This document shows, one piece after another, positions 20,816-31,252 of a DNA stretch of 64,000 bases. A program made the position numbers and the translations under genes. The notes beneath the pieces were generated by a model that saw only the letters and a list, made by a program, of their open reading frames with translations, was not told where the DNA came from and made no database searches. The stretch is taken from contig CANONT010000003.1 in the NCBI GenBank assembly GCA_947567695.1, positions 4,768 to 68,767 of the forward strand. The letters are read 5' to 3'. The stretch comes from an uncultured Clostridium sp. GTDB taxonomy: Bacteria > Bacillota > Clostridia > TANB77 > CAG-508. Every line of letters begins with the position of its first letter. Positions within the stretch are counted from its first letter, which is position 1.

Positions 20816-22171
20816 TTATCCCATATAATCACGTAACTTCTTACTCCTGCTAGGATGTCTCAACTTTCTCAAAGCCTTAGCCTCTATCTGTCTAATTCTC
20901 TCACGCGTTACCTCAAACTCACGACCAACCTCTTCCAGCGTTCTAGCCTTTCCATCTTCCAGTCCAAACCTAAGCTTTAGCACCTTTGCTTCCCTTGGTG
21001 TCAATGTATTCATAACATCTTCTAACTGTTCCTTCAATAGCGTATATGCTGCTGAATCATGTGGAGCTGGGCTATCATCATCTTGTATAAAATCTCCTAA
21101 ATGGCTATCATCCTCTTCTCCAATTGGTGTTTCCAAAGATACAGGATCTTGTGCTATTTTTTGAATTTCCATTACTTTTTCAACTGGTATTTCCATTTCT
21201 TCTGCTATTTCATCTGGGGTTGGTTCTCTTCCCATTTGTTGCAACAAATGTCTTGAAGTTCTGATTAATTTATTAATCGTTTCTACCATGTGTACTGGTA
21301 TTCTTATTGTTCTTGCTTGATCTGCAATTGCTCTTGTAATAGCTTGTCGAATCCACCAAGTAGCATAAGTACTAAATTTAAATCCTTTGGTATAATCAAA
21401 TTTCTCAACAGCTTTAATTAACCCCATATTTCCTTCTTGAATTAAATCTAAGAATAGCATTCCTCTACCAACATATTTTTTGGCAATACTTACTACCAAT
21501 CTTAAATTAGATTCTGCTAGTTGTTGTTTCGCCTCTTCGTCTCCATCTAGGATTTTCTTTGCTAAATCTAATTCTTGCTCAAAAGTCAAAAGTGGTATTC
21601 TTCCAATTTCCCTTAAATACATTCTAACAGGATCATCTACATTGATACTTTCATAATTAGTATCTGTTATTTCATCTAATTTTAAATCTTCGACTTCTTT
21701 CAAATCTTCAATATCTGGCTCTTCTTCTAACTCGTCAGATAACAAATCCACTCCTAATTCTTCAAAAGCATCAAAAACTTGGTCAATCTGTTCTGGATTG
21801 ACATCATCTAACTCAGTTGCTAAATCCCCGTAAGTTATTTGTCCTTTTTCTTTTGCTTTCTTCAAAATACTATTGACTTTTTCCTCTTTTATTTTGTTAT
21901 CTTTTTCTTTTTTAGAGCTATCTTCTATTGACTGATTTGCATTTTCATTCTCTAAATCTTTTTGATCTTCTAATTTCTTTTTAGCTATTTTTCTTGCTTC
22001 TTCTATTTTCTCGATTTTAGCTTCTTCTTTTTTAGTTTGCTCTTTTACAATTTCTGTTTTCTCTTGTTTAATTTTTTCTGCTTTCTTTTTTGCTACTTCT
22101 TTTTTGTTAGCCTTAGTTTTTGTCTCATTCATTTCCTCTACTTTTTCTATTTCTTCTTTTTTCTTTGCCAT
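20816..22171 (-). CDS. sigA: RNA polymerase primary sigma factor
   Basis: Regions 1.2 to 4.2 are conserved ([27 protein letters not shown]; [30 protein letters not shown]). ATG at 22171 with a GAAAGGAAGGA RBS. The ORF-track start at 22264 is an upstream extension. Confidence 0.93.
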   Translation of the reverse strand: MAKKKEEIEKVEEMNETKTKANKKEVAKKKAEKIKQEKTEIVKEQTKKEEAKIEKIEEARKIAKKKLEDQKDLENENANQSIEDSSKKEKDNKIKEEKVNSILKKAKEKGQITYGDLATELDDVNPEQIDQVFDAFEELGVDLLSDELEEEPDIEDLKEVEDLKLDEITDTNYESINVDDPVRMYLREIGRIPLLTFEQELDLAKKILDGDEEAKQQLAESNLRLVVSIAKKYVGRGMLFLDLIQEGNMGLIKAVEKFDYTKGFKFSTYATWWIRQAITRAIADQARTIRIPVHMVETINKLIRTSRHLLQQMGREPTPDEIAEEMEIPVEKVMEIQKIAQDPVSLETPIGEEDDSHLGDFIQDDDSPAPHDSAAYTLLKEQLEDVMNTLTPREAKVLKLRFGLEDGKARTLEEVGREFEVTRERIRQIEAKALRKLRHPSRSKKLRDYMG

Positions 22172-22209
22172 GATTCCATCCTTCCTTTCAAAATTGCTCA
22201 AACTAGTTT

Positions 22210-22328
22210 GAAAAAGAATTATTATTTGGCTAGGCTCTTCTAACGAATACAATTTGCTTCGCAAATTGCATACTAAATCTGTAACTCGTTTCTCTCGAAC
22301 AGCTTTAGCAAAATCTCAATTATTTTTC
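22210..22328. repeat. Foldback repeat family B, copy 2 (between dnaG and sigA)
   Basis: GAAAAAGAATTATTATTTGGCTAGGC ... GCTTTAGCAAAATCTCAATTATTTTTC imperfect terminal inverted repeats, with inner hairpin CAATTTGC-TTC-GCAAATTG. Confidence 0.55.
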
Positions 22329-22336
22329 AGACTCCC

Positions 22337-24118
22337 CTACTTAATTCTAGCTAATCGTATAATAATCTCACTCAATTCCTTCTCTAATTCCTTTTTTTGA
22401 TTAGCCTCTAAATTTCCTTCTAATAATTGTAATATTTCAAATTTACGATGATCTAGCTTATCTTTTTCATAACTTTGCATAATATCATCCATTGCCTTTT
22501 CCATATTATCAATTTCGTAATCATCTGCCATAATCTCTGTAATATGACTTTGCTCTTCTTCTCCTAGCATATCAATTATGCTATTTATATTACTATTTCC
22601 TTTTTCCAATTCTTCATACAGTTTTCTGGCAATTTTATGATTACAAGTATCTTTAAAATCTTCTACCTCAATATTTTGTTTCATTACCTGAAAAATATTA
22701 ATATCTCCCGTCAACAAAATGGATAACACTGTATTTTCTCGTCTCTTTACCGATTCTGAAACTTGTTTCTCCTCTGGTATTTTATGGTTTATTACAGGCT
22801 TTGTCCTTTCTAAAACTTTTTCACTTTTATGAGTACTATACATTAATTTATTAACTTCCCCATAAATAGCTTCTTTGGAAATATCATATTCTTTAGCAAT
22901 TTTCTCGATATATACTTCTCTTTCTATGGTGTTATCTACTTTAGCAATTAACTTTGCGATTTCATTCAAGAATTTAATTTTGTCATTAATATTCTCTAAA
23001 TTCAAATTCTGCTTCAAAACTTTTACTTTAAATTCAATCACAGAAAGTGCTTTTTCCACTAAATTTTTAAAACGGCTATTTCCATATTTAATGATATATT
23101 CATCTGGATCTTTGGCGCCTTCCATCTGTAATATTCTAATATCACATCCCATATCTTGCAAAATATCTAAAGCCCTCATTTTAGCCGTAAGACCTGCCTC
23201 ATCCGAATCAAAACTCAATATAATCTTTTCCGAACTTTTCCTTAGTAACCATCCCTGTTGTTGTGTTAAAGCTGTTCCTAATGGTGCCACTACATTGGTA
23301 ATTCCTCTTTGATGAAGAGATATCACATCCATATAACCTTCCACAATTAATATTTGCTTAATATCTCCCTTTTTAGCAACATTTAGTCCAAATAAATTTC
23401 TACCTTTACTATACACAACATTTTCAGGTGAATTAATATATTTCGGTTTAGAATCATCTAAAACCCTTCCTCCAAAAGCAATTACTCTACCTCTCGCATC
23501 ACAAATGGGAAACATAAGTCTGTTTCTGTATCTATCAATATATTGTCCTTTATCATTTCGATTGACTAACCCTGATTCTAAAATTTCTGTTTCTTCAAAT
23601 CCTTGTCTCTTTAACTCTTGATATAGTTCATCAAATTTCCCTGAAAATCCAATTTGAAAAGACTTTAAAGTTTCGTTCGTTAATTTTCTTTGTTTAATAT
23701 ATTCTTGTGCGATTTTTGACTCTGGTTTATATAAATTTTGGTGATAGTAATTAGCTACAAACTCATTCACCTTATATACTTTTGATTTTAATAGCTCTTT
23801 ACTAGCATCTCCGCCATGATCTAAAGTTGGTAATTGTATATTAGACCTTTCCGCTAAAGATTGAACAGCTTCTACAAAATTAATTCCTTCTATTTTAGTT
23901 AAAAAGGTAAAAACATTTCCTCCTACCCCACAGCCAAAACAATGAAAAATTTGCTTATCTGGTGATACCGAAAAAGAAGGTGACTTTTCATTATGAAATG
24001 GACATAGTCCAAAAAAATTTCTACCACTTCTTTTTAAATGCACATATTGTGATATGATATCTACAATATCATTTGTTTGTCTTACTTCATCTATGATTTC
24101 ATCACTATAACGTTGCAT
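22337..24118 (-). CDS. dnaG: DNA primase
   Basis: Zinc finger CPFHNEKSPSFSVSPDKQIFHCFGCG and TOPRIM domain (VEGYMDVISL, SFDSDEAG). ATG at 24118 after a GTGAGGA RBS. Confidence 0.93.
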   Translation of the reverse strand: MQRYSDEIIDEVRQTNDIVDIISQYVHLKRSGRNFFGLCPFHNEKSPSFSVSPDKQIFHCFGCGVGGNVFTFLTKIEGINFVEAVQSLAERSNIQLPTLDHGGDASKELLKSKVYKVNEFVANYYHQNLYKPESKIAQEYIKQRKLTNETLKSFQIGFSGKFDELYQELKRQGFEETEILESGLVNRNDKGQYIDRYRNRLMFPICDARGRVIAFGGRVLDDSKPKYINSPENVVYSKGRNLFGLNVAKKGDIKQILIVEGYMDVISLHQRGITNVVAPLGTALTQQQGWLLRKSSEKIILSFDSDEAGLTAKMRALDILQDMGCDIRILQMEGAKDPDEYIIKYGNSRFKNLVEKALSVIEFKVKVLKQNLNLENINDKIKFLNEIAKLIAKVDNTIEREVYIEKIAKEYDISKEAIYGEVNKLMYSTHKSEKVLERTKPVINHKIPEEKQVSESVKRRENTVLSILLTGDINIFQVMKQNIEVEDFKDTCNHKIARKLYEELEKGNSNINSIIDMLGEEEQSHITEIMADDYEIDNMEKAMDDIMQSYEKDKLDHRKFEILQLLEGNLEANQKKELEKELSEIIIRLARIK

Positions 24119-24210
24119 TTTTTCCTCACTTTCTTTCAATATATTTCAAATAAACATACATAATTATATTATTCGACGGATTTTACATAAATCCTTCTTA
24201 ATTTTCAAAA

Positions 24211-24243
24211 AATGTGCAATAGGGACGTTTCTTTTTGCACATT
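24211..24243. repeat. Palindromic repeat unit C, single copy
   Basis: AATGTGCAATAGGGACGTTTCTTTTTGCACATT is 31/33 identical to each half of the veg terminator palindrome. Confidence 0.6.
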
Positions 24244-24267
24244 TCATTAGAACCATTGTCAAAATTT

Positions 24268-24526
24268 CCTTTCCTTTGCTTTGCTTTCAGCTCAAGGACA
24301 TCCCTCTCAAGCCCCCCTAATCCATTTGGCATAAATGGCGAATGCGACTGAAATAGTTTTACAAATTTTTAAACAAAAGCCATAAAGGGTCCTGTCTTCG
24401 GGTATTGTTATGGCTTTTGTTTTAGAATTTGTTAACGTTATGCAAGGTAGCCGAGGAATTTATGCCAAATGGATTAGGGGGGCTTGAGTGGGATGTCCTT
24501 GAGCTGAAAGCAAAGCAAAGGAAAGG
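24268..24526. repeat. 259-bp foldback element (69-bp arms, 1 mismatch) in the dnaG/relQ divergent intergenic region
   Basis: Left arm 24268-24336 is the reverse complement of right arm 24458-24526 with one mismatch. The interior is itself an imperfect palindrome around AAAAGCCATAA...TTATGGCTTTT. Confidence 0.8.
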
Positions 24527-24653
24527 GGATTTAAAAAAACGACCCTTTACCCATCTATTTTTATTTCACCAAAAAGACACAAATAAAATATATTTTCATA
24601 ACAATAAAAGAATAATATAAGCATATACTAAATACAAAGAGAGGTGCTACTAA

Positions 24654-25313
24654 ATGAAGCAGAAAAAACAAAAAGTAGAGAATTTAATTAAAGTAGAAAA
24701 TTTTATAGATTATAATCAAACTTTAAAAATAAAAGACAAAACATTTGAAAAACTAATGTTTATCTATACCATTGCAATCAGAGAATTAGAAAATAAAATA
24801 GGAATTTTAAAAGACGAGTTTAAAATTTTTTATGATTACGATTTAATGGATCACATAGATACCAGAATTAAGAGCCCTGACAGTATTATTCAGAAAATGC
24901 AGAAACGAGGAATACCACTTACTTACAAAAACATGATTGAAAATATAAATGATATAGCTGGCATTCGCCTTGTATGTCCTTTCAAAAAAGACATATTCAT
25001 GATTAAAGATTTAATAAGCTCTCTTCCTAATATTAATATATTAAAAGAAAAAGATTATATTACTCAGCCGAAAAAAAGCGGTTACTCTAGTTATCACTTA
25101 ATTGTAGAGGTTCCAATTAATCTATCAAAACAAAATATTTATGTCAAAGCAGAAATTCAAATTAGGACAATTGCCATGGATTTTTGGTCTAATTTAGAAC
25201 ATAAAATGAAATATAAATCACAAGAAAAAATAAGTAAAAAAGAATCGAGAGAATGGATTAATTGTGCTAAATTAATCCATAAATTAGATAATCAAATGAC
25301 ACTTTTAAATTAA
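24654..25313 (+). CDS. Small alarmone synthetase (RelQ/RelP-type GTP pyrophosphokinase)
   Basis: RelA/SpoT synthetase motifs DIAGIRLVCPF, GYSSYHLIV and EIQIRTIAMDFWSNLEHK; 219 aa. Confidence 0.85.
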   Translation: MKQKKQKVENLIKVENFIDYNQTLKIKDKTFEKLMFIYTIAIRELENKIGILKDEFKIFYDYDLMDHIDTRIKSPDSIIQKMQKRGIPLTYKNMIENINDIAGIRLVCPFKKDIFMIKDLISSLPNINILKEKDYITQPKKSGYSSYHLIVEVPINLSKQNIYVKAEIQIRTIAMDFWSNLEHKMKYKSQEKISKKESREWINCAKLIHKLDNQMTLLN

Positions 25314-25374
25314 TACACAATTGGGGAGTATTTCCAATGCAAAACAAAGGTCAAAGGAAATACCCCCATTGTTC

Positions 25375-26820
25375 TTAATATTGTCTCCCCCATACAATCA
25401 TAGTATCTGCTTTTTTACCACAACACACACAAGTATCTGACAAATGTTCTTGTTCAAATGGAATACACCTTGATGGTGCACCTGTCACTTCTTTCACTTT
25501 ATCTTCACATTCTCGTGAGCCACACCACATAGTTTTTACATATCCTTGATTTTCCTCCAAATTCTTTTCTAATTCTTCCATATTCAAGGCTATGGTTGTT
25601 TTCTCTATCATTCTCTTTTGGCACGCATCATACATAGATTGTTGAATTTCTTTCATTAGTTTTTCTAGCATTTCTTCTAAATCTTCCATTTTAACTAGCA
25701 TTTTTTCTAACGTATCACGTCTTGTTACAATCACTTCGCCTTTTTCTATTTCTTTTGGTCCCATTTCAACTCTAACTGGTACACCTTTCATCTCCCAATC
25801 ATTAAATTTATATCCTACTGTATAATTGTCTCTACCATCTAATTCTACTCTAAATTTTTTGGCTATTGTCTCTCTTATTTTTTCTGCTTCTTCTAATACA
25901 TTTTCTTTTTGTTGTGCAATTGGTATAATCACTACTTGAATCGGTGCTACATATGGTGGTAATTTTAGCCCTCTATTATCACCATGTGCCATAATAACGG
26001 CTCCAATCAATCTAGTACTAATCCCCCAAGATGTTTGATAAGCATACTCTTGCTCTCCTTCTCGATTTTGAAACTTTACCTCAAATGGTTTGGTAAAATT
26101 TTGTCCAAAATAGTGTGAAGTTCCACCTTGCAATGCTCTTCCATCATGCATTAAAGTTTCTACTGTATAAGTTGCATCTGCTCCAGCAAATTGTTCTTTT
26201 TTAGTTTTCTGCCCCTTTAATACAGGAATTGCCAGTAAATTTTCAATCACATCAGCATACACATCTAACATATTTAATGTTAATTCTTTAGCCTCTTCTG
26301 CTGTTTCATGAATCGTATGTCCTTCTTGCCATAAAAACTCTCTGGAACGCAAAAATGGTCTCGTTTCTTTTTCCCATCTTAAAACATTACACCATTGATT
26401 GTACAAAAATGGTAAATCCCTCCAAGAACTTAGCCACTTTGCATACATTGTAGAAAAAACTGTTTCAGAAGTTGGTCTAATACACATTTTTTCTTCTAGT
26501 TCTTCTCCTCCTCCCATGGTAACCCATGCTACTTCTGGTGCAAATCCTTCTACATGTTCTTTTTCTTTATTTAATAGATTTTCTGGAATTAAAACAGGCA
26601 TAGATACATTTTTTACGCCATATTCTTTAAATCTCTTATCTGTATACTCTTGTATTTTTTCCCAAATAGCATAGCCATATGGTCGAATAGAAATAAATCC
26701 TTTTGCCTCTGTATAATCGGCTAATTCTGTTTTTAACACAATATCTGTATACCATTGTGCAAAATTCTCATCGATATCAGTAATATCTTTCACAAATTCT
26801 TTTTTATTACTCATCTTCAT
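25375..26820 (-). CDS. proS: Proline--tRNA ligase (archaeal/eukaryote-like type, about 480 aa)
   Basis: Class II motifs, with FAQWYTDIVLKTELADY at the N-terminus and a zinc-binding C-terminal domain ending WGRQY. Confidence 0.9.
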   Translation of the reverse strand: MKMSNKKEFVKDITDIDENFAQWYTDIVLKTELADYTEAKGFISIRPYGYAIWEKIQEYTDKRFKEYGVKNVSMPVLIPENLLNKEKEHVEGFAPEVAWVTMGGGEELEEKMCIRPTSETVFSTMYAKWLSSWRDLPFLYNQWCNVLRWEKETRPFLRSREFLWQEGHTIHETAEEAKELTLNMLDVYADVIENLLAIPVLKGQKTKKEQFAGADATYTVETLMHDGRALQGGTSHYFGQNFTKPFEVKFQNREGEQEYAYQTSWGISTRLIGAVIMAHGDNRGLKLPPYVAPIQVVIIPIAQQKENVLEEAEKIRETIAKKFRVELDGRDNYTVGYKFNDWEMKGVPVRVEMGPKEIEKGEVIVTRRDTLEKMLVKMEDLEEMLEKLMKEIQQSMYDACQKRMIEKTTIALNMEELEKNLEENQGYVKTMWCGSRECEDKVKEVTGAPSRCIPFEQEHLSDTCVCCGKKADTMIVWGRQY

Positions 26821-27487
26821 TTCCTCCCATTTCAGTTTCTCCTTTTTCTTCTCTTACCTCTTCCCTTTCGGGCATTGGAGCCTCTGGCTTTCCTTTTTGT
26901 TCTTCGATTGTTTCTTCTTCTTTTTCATCTTGTTCTACCAATTCATCCATTACAATTTGTTGATTTTCATCCATTCTGTACTTTGGTAATTCTGGTAATT
27001 CTTCCAAAGAACTGTAACCAAACATCCTTAAAAAATCGTCTGTTGTTTGATATGACATGGGCTTTCCTGGTAAATCAGCCTTTCCAGCTTCTTCCATTAA
27101 TCCATATTCCATTAACTTGTAAACACAAGCATCAGCCGAAACTCCACGAATTGCTTCAATTTCCGGTCTGGTTATCTTAGGATTATAAGCAACAATTGCT
27201 AAAGTTTCTAATGCTGCATTTGACAAATTTGGTTTATTTCTTTTGTCCACTACGGGAAGAATAAACTCCTGCAATTCCTTTTTCGTACACAATTGATAGG
27301 ATTGATTAATTTTTATAATTTCAATTCCTCTCGTTTGTTGCTTGTATTCTTCTTGCATATTAGCTATAATATTTTCAATATCTTCTTCTGAAATTTCTAG
27401 GCATAATATTAATTCTTTTTGTGTTACTGGTCTTCCAGCTACAAATAAAATAGCTTCTATCATCGATTTTAATTGATTAATTTCCAT
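26807..27487 (-). CDS. scpB: Segregation and condensation protein B, with an acidic C-terminal tail
   Basis: IEAILFVAGRPVTQKEL ... ALETLAIVAYNPKITRPEIEAIRGV. It overlaps the proS start by 14 nt. Confidence 0.85.
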   Translation of the reverse strand: MEINQLKSMIEAILFVAGRPVTQKELILCLEISEEDIENIIANMQEEYKQQTRGIEIIKINQSYQLCTKKELQEFILPVVDKRNKPNLSNAALETLAIVAYNPKITRPEIEAIRGVSADACVYKLMEYGLMEEAGKADLPGKPMSYQTTDDFLRMFGYSSLEELPELPKYRMDENQQIVMDELVEQDEKEEETIEEQKGKPEAPMPEREEVREEKGETEMGGNEDE

Positions 27488-27524
27488 TTTTCCTCTTTCT
27501 TTTCTATCTTATATTACTATCTAG

Positions 27525-27727
27525 TATATTTTTAAGTTTCGACTTTTTGCCAACGAGGGGTGTAATATATCATTTTTGCAACACTGCGTAAGCGATCAAA
27601 CGAGCAAAGCGAGTGCGATTGGAGCAACCACAGATAAATAATTAATTTGGTAGGTTGCGACACACAAAGTGTAAAAAAATGATATATTACACCCCTCGTT
27701 GGCAAAGAGTCGAAACTTAAAAGTATA
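27525..27727. repeat. Foldback repeat family A, copy 1
   Basis: 53-bp arms (1 mismatch) flank a roughly 95-bp core, GCGTAAGCGATCAAACGAGCAAAGCGAGTGCGATTGGAGCAAC...GGTTGCGACACACAAAGT, which is shared with copy 2. Confidence 0.8.
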
Positions 27728-27895
27728 TTCTATTGTTTATGAAATGACAATTGAGTTCAACATTAATGCTGTTAAGCAAAATCATCTTATACATTATGCC
27801 ATTAAAAGGCTATCTTGTCAATATTTTTCAATTTTTCTTGCACTTTTAAATTGAATATGATAATATGATTTTAATAAAATTTGGAGGTATCATTT

Positions 27896-28111
27896 ATGGA
27901 AGAAAAAAAGAATTTAGAAGTAGTATCTGGAAATGGTTCAGATTTAAATATTTCACCAGTATATGAACATTTAAATGTTGCCAAACCTAAGACCACTAAA
28001 GAAAAACCTACTTGTATTGTAATTCCAAAAGTGTCTAATAAAAACTCAAAAAGTGAAAAAGAAGATAAAGACGATGACAAAGAAGAAATTCAAAAAAAGG
28101 AAGAAAATTAA
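27896..28111 (+). CDS. Small lysine/acid-rich hypothetical protein (71 aa)
   Basis: ATG at 27896 after a TTGGAGGT RBS; no recognisable domain. Confidence 0.4.
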   Translation: MEEKKNLEVVSGNGSDLNISPVYEHLNVAKPKTTKEKPTCIVIPKVSNKNSKSEKEDKDDDKEEIQKKEEN

Positions 28112-28143
28112 TTCTTCCTTTTTTTAATTAATTGGCAAAAAAA

Positions 28144-28281
28144 TTACTCTTCTACTTTCTCAAACAAATCCTTACTAACCCCACACAAAGGGCAAGTCCA
28201 ATCATCTGGTAAATCCTCGAACTTTACTCCTTCTGCCTCTTCATCATAAACATAACCACACACTGTACACTTATACTTCAT
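28144..28281 (-). CDS. Rubredoxin (45 aa), not in the ORF track
   Basis: [15 protein letters not shown]...[20 protein letters not shown] has two CxxCG knuckles. Its start abuts the flavodiiron gene stop. Confidence 0.85.
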   Translation of the reverse strand: MKYKCTVCGYVYDEEAEGVKFEDLPDDWTCPLCGVSKDLFEKVEE

Positions 28282-28282
28282 C

Positions 28283-29452
28283 TCATTCACCTCCCAAAAC
28301 ATTATCAGCTAATTTTTCCAACTGTTCTATTGTATTTTGTTTCATCGTTGATTGAATCGTAACAGCTGGCTCTATCAAAGTAATATCTTTCATTTCTTGT
28401 AAAACACTTTTCATCGTTTTGGCTGCTGATGGAGCCCAAGAGCCATTTTCTATTATAGCAATCTTTCTATTTTGATAATTTCTTTCTTTCAACTTTTGTA
28501 AAAATTGTCGCATCGGTACAAACACACCAGCATTATAACTAGAAGCTGCTAAAATAACTTTATCATAGCGGAAAGCATCTTCCACAGCCTCTGCCATATC
28601 CTCTCTTACCAAATCCGTTACAACAACTTTCTTAGCACCTTTTTTTTCTAAAATTTCTTTCATCTTTTGTGCTGCTTCTAAAGTATTTCCATAAATAGAT
28701 GCACAAGCTATGAATACCCCATCATCTTCTGGACGATAACTGCTCCATATATCATATTTTTCAATATAATGTCCTAAATTTTCTTTTAAAATGGGACCAT
28801 GTAGAGGACAAATCATTTTAATATCTAAAGTAGTTGCTTTTTTCAATAAAGATTGCACTTGTGCTCCATATTTTCCAACAATTCCGAAATAATATCTACG
28901 AGCCTCACAATCCCAATTTTCCTCCGTATCTAGTGTTCCAAACTTACCAAACCCATCTGCTGTAAATAACACCTCTTCTGTTTGTTCATAAGTTACCATG
29001 ACTTCTGGCCAATGAACCATTGGTGCCATAAAGAATTGTAAAGTATGATTTCCAATATCAATGGTGTCACCTTCTTTTACTACTATTTTCTTATCTGTTA
29101 AGTCCATATCAAAAAAGTTAGGTAACATGTTGAATGTAATTGCATTTCCTATTAATTTCATATTGGGATATTTTTCTACTAATAAACCTATATTATAAGC
29201 GTGATCTGGTTCTAAATGGGAAATTACTAAATAATCTACTTTTTCTCCGTCTAATACTTGTTCTAGATTTTCTAGCCATGTATTGGTTACTCTCCTGTCA
29301 ACAGTGTCTAATACTACATTTTTGTCATCTTTTATAAAATAGGAATTATATGCCATTCCATTTGGTACTTGATATTGTGCTTCAAACAATCTAATATCTT
29401 TATCATCTGCTCCTATATATAAGATCGAATCGGTTATGCTGGTATCTTTCAT
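28283..29452 (-). CDS. Flavodiiron protein (FprA-type; metallo-beta-lactamase plus flavodoxin domains)
   Basis: ISHLEPDH di-iron motif and a C-terminal flavodoxin-like domain ([11 protein letters not shown]). Confidence 0.85.
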   Translation of the reverse strand: MKDTSITDSILYIGADDKDIRLFEAQYQVPNGMAYNSYFIKDDKNVVLDTVDRRVTNTWLENLEQVLDGEKVDYLVISHLEPDHAYNIGLLVEKYPNMKLIGNAITFNMLPNFFDMDLTDKKIVVKEGDTIDIGNHTLQFFMAPMVHWPEVMVTYEQTEEVLFTADGFGKFGTLDTEENWDCEARRYYFGIVGKYGAQVQSLLKKATTLDIKMICPLHGPILKENLGHYIEKYDIWSSYRPEDDGVFIACASIYGNTLEAAQKMKEILEKKGAKKVVVTDLVREDMAEAVEDAFRYDKVILAASSYNAGVFVPMRQFLQKLKERNYQNRKIAIIENGSWAPSAAKTMKSVLQEMKDITLIEPAVTIQSTMKQNTIEQLEKLADNVLGGE

Positions 29453-29493
29453 TTATAATCCCCTTTCTTGCTCTAAATTATGCCTAATTTTTC

Positions 29494-30207
29494 CTACAAT
29501 ATTCTTAATTTTGTTAAAAATCCATTATATTTTACTACTAGACTATTAGAATTAAATAAAATTTGATCTCCTTGTATTCTCCATTGATCTTTATTCTCGA
29601 TTAAGAAATCAATTACTTCTTCCTCAATTTTTAGCATAGATTGTACTTTTTCAATGGATTGTTCCAATTCATTTTTTTCTTTGTCAGAAATTTCAATGTC
29701 TTCTCTTAGTAATTGTCTATATAACTCAATACTATAAGAATCTTTTGTTTCTGCTTCTATGTATGAATTGATTTTGCCTTCTTCTAAATAAGACAACATT
29801 TGTGTTTTTCCATCTTCTAATTTTTGTTTGGTTTCACTTAAATACTTTTTCGTTTCTGTAAATTCTGGTCCATCCTCTTTATAGTTGTTAGCTGTTAATA
29901 GTTTTGCCAATTTTTCATCTTCTAATACTGTTCTTATTTCATAAGCTGTATTAAATAAATCAGATGCATAGTTTTTAGCTGCTTTTTCTACTGTTCCATA
30001 TTTACCAGTTGCTACTATCGTACTAGTTTTTTCATTTAATGCATCCATATTAAAATCTCCTGATTTTGTTAATTCCTCTATTTGTGAAAATTCTTCCATA
30101 ATCTTAGCTTTTTGTGTTTGATCATTTATAAAGAAATAACCTCCTGCTATGGCAATAATTAAAACAATAACTCCTATAATAATTGCAATTTTTCCACCTT
30201 TTTTCAT
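29494..30207 (-). CDS. Membrane-anchored hypothetical protein
   Basis: N-terminal TM segment (KIAIIIGVIVLIIAIAGGYFF) followed by a helical, charged ectodomain. Confidence 0.4.
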   Translation of the reverse strand: MKKGGKIAIIIGVIVLIIAIAGGYFFINDQTQKAKIMEEFSQIEELTKSGDFNMDALNEKTSTIVATGKYGTVEKAAKNYASDLFNTAYEIRTVLEDEKLAKLLTANNYKEDGPEFTETKKYLSETKQKLEDGKTQMLSYLEEGKINSYIEAETKDSYSIELYRQLLREDIEISDKEKNELEQSIEKVQSMLKIEEEVIDFLIENKDQWRIQGDQILFNSNSLVVKYNGFLTKLRIL

Positions 30208-30383
30208 AATAAAAAACCCCTTTCTTTTTTTATATTCCTATTATATCAAAAAAATAAAAATTGTAAAGTATTAATTTGTACTAATTATGAATCCCCGTTC
30301 AATTCGACACTTTTCTCTTGACATCAATTTTATTTAGGCATATACTAAAGCCATAAAAAAACAAAAAAGGAGGCTATCGAAAC

Positions 30384-30962
30384 ATGGATAACTTAATAGA
30401 AATTAGATGGCATGGTAGAGGTGGTCAAGGTGCCAAAACAGCATCCTTATTACTAGCCGATGCCGCTTTCAACACAGGCAAATATATTCAAGGTTTTCCA
30501 GAATATGGACCAGAAAGAATGGGTGCTCCCATTACAGCCTATAATCGTATCAGTAGTGATCCAATCACGATACATAGCAATATTTATGAACCTGATTATG
30601 TTGTTGTTGTAGATGACACTCTTTTAGAATCTGTCGATGTTACGGCTGGACTAAAAGAAACAGGAGGTATTATTATTAATACCACAAAATCAGCAGATTA
30701 TCTAAAAACAGCACTAAAAGGATATAAAGGTAATATTTACACCATAGATGCTAGAAAAATATCAGAAGAAGCTTTAGGCAAATATTTCCCTAACACACCT
30801 ATGTTAGCAGCCATTGTTAAAGTAAGTGGTATTATGACAGATGAAGCTTTGCTAGAAGATATGAAAGGGTCTTTTCAACATAAATTTGCCAAAAAACCTG
30901 AAGTTATTGATGGCAATATGAAAGCACTAGAATTAGCATTAAAGGAGGTAAAAAAAATATGA
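30384..30962 (+). CDS. porG: 2-oxoacid (pyruvate/ketoisovalerate):ferredoxin oxidoreductase, gamma subunit
   Basis: IRWHGRGGQGAKTAS motif; first gene of a four-gene por-type operon. Confidence 0.85.
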   Translation: MDNLIEIRWHGRGGQGAKTASLLLADAAFNTGKYIQGFPEYGPERMGAPITAYNRISSDPITIHSNIYEPDYVVVVDDTLLESVDVTAGLKETGGIIINTTKSADYLKTALKGYKGNIYTIDARKISEEALGKYFPNTPMLAAIVKVSGIMTDEALLEDMKGSFQHKFAKKPEVIDGNMKALELALKEVKKI

Positions 30963-31249
30963 CAAAAATTAATAACAGCACCCCTATGGAAAAGTTAACA
31001 CCAGGTGGTGATATTTATACAGCTGGAAATGCAAGAGAGTTTAAAACTGGCGATTGGAGAAGTGTACGTCCTGTTTTCTTGCGTGATAAGTGCAAGCAAT
31101 GCGGACTTTGTTTTCCTGTCTGCCCAGAAGATGCAATTCCTGTTAATCAAGAGATGTTGAGACAAGATTTTAACTATGATTATTGCAAAGGATGTGGTGT
31201 ATGTGCAAAAGTATGCCCTTTCAATGCTATTGAGATGAAGGAGGAATAA
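30959..31249 (+). CDS. porD: 2-oxoacid:ferredoxin oxidoreductase, delta subunit (2x[4Fe-4S])
   Basis: Two CxxCxxCxxxCP clusters (CKQCGLCFPVCP, CKGCGVCAKVCP). Confidence 0.85.
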   Translation: MTKINNSTPMEKLTPGGDIYTAGNAREFKTGDWRSVRPVFLRDKCKQCGLCFPVCPEDAIPVNQEMLRQDFNYDYCKGCGVCAKVCPFNAIEMKEE

Positions 31250-31252
31250 AAA

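Noticed and set aside
24429-24620. 63-aa ORF on the + strand
   Set aside because: It lies inside the right arm of the 259-bp foldback, with no RBS and no recognisable protein features.
26807-26900. T-box leader upstream of proS
   Set aside because: The proS start overlaps the scpB 3' end by 14 nt, leaving no leader space for a T-box.
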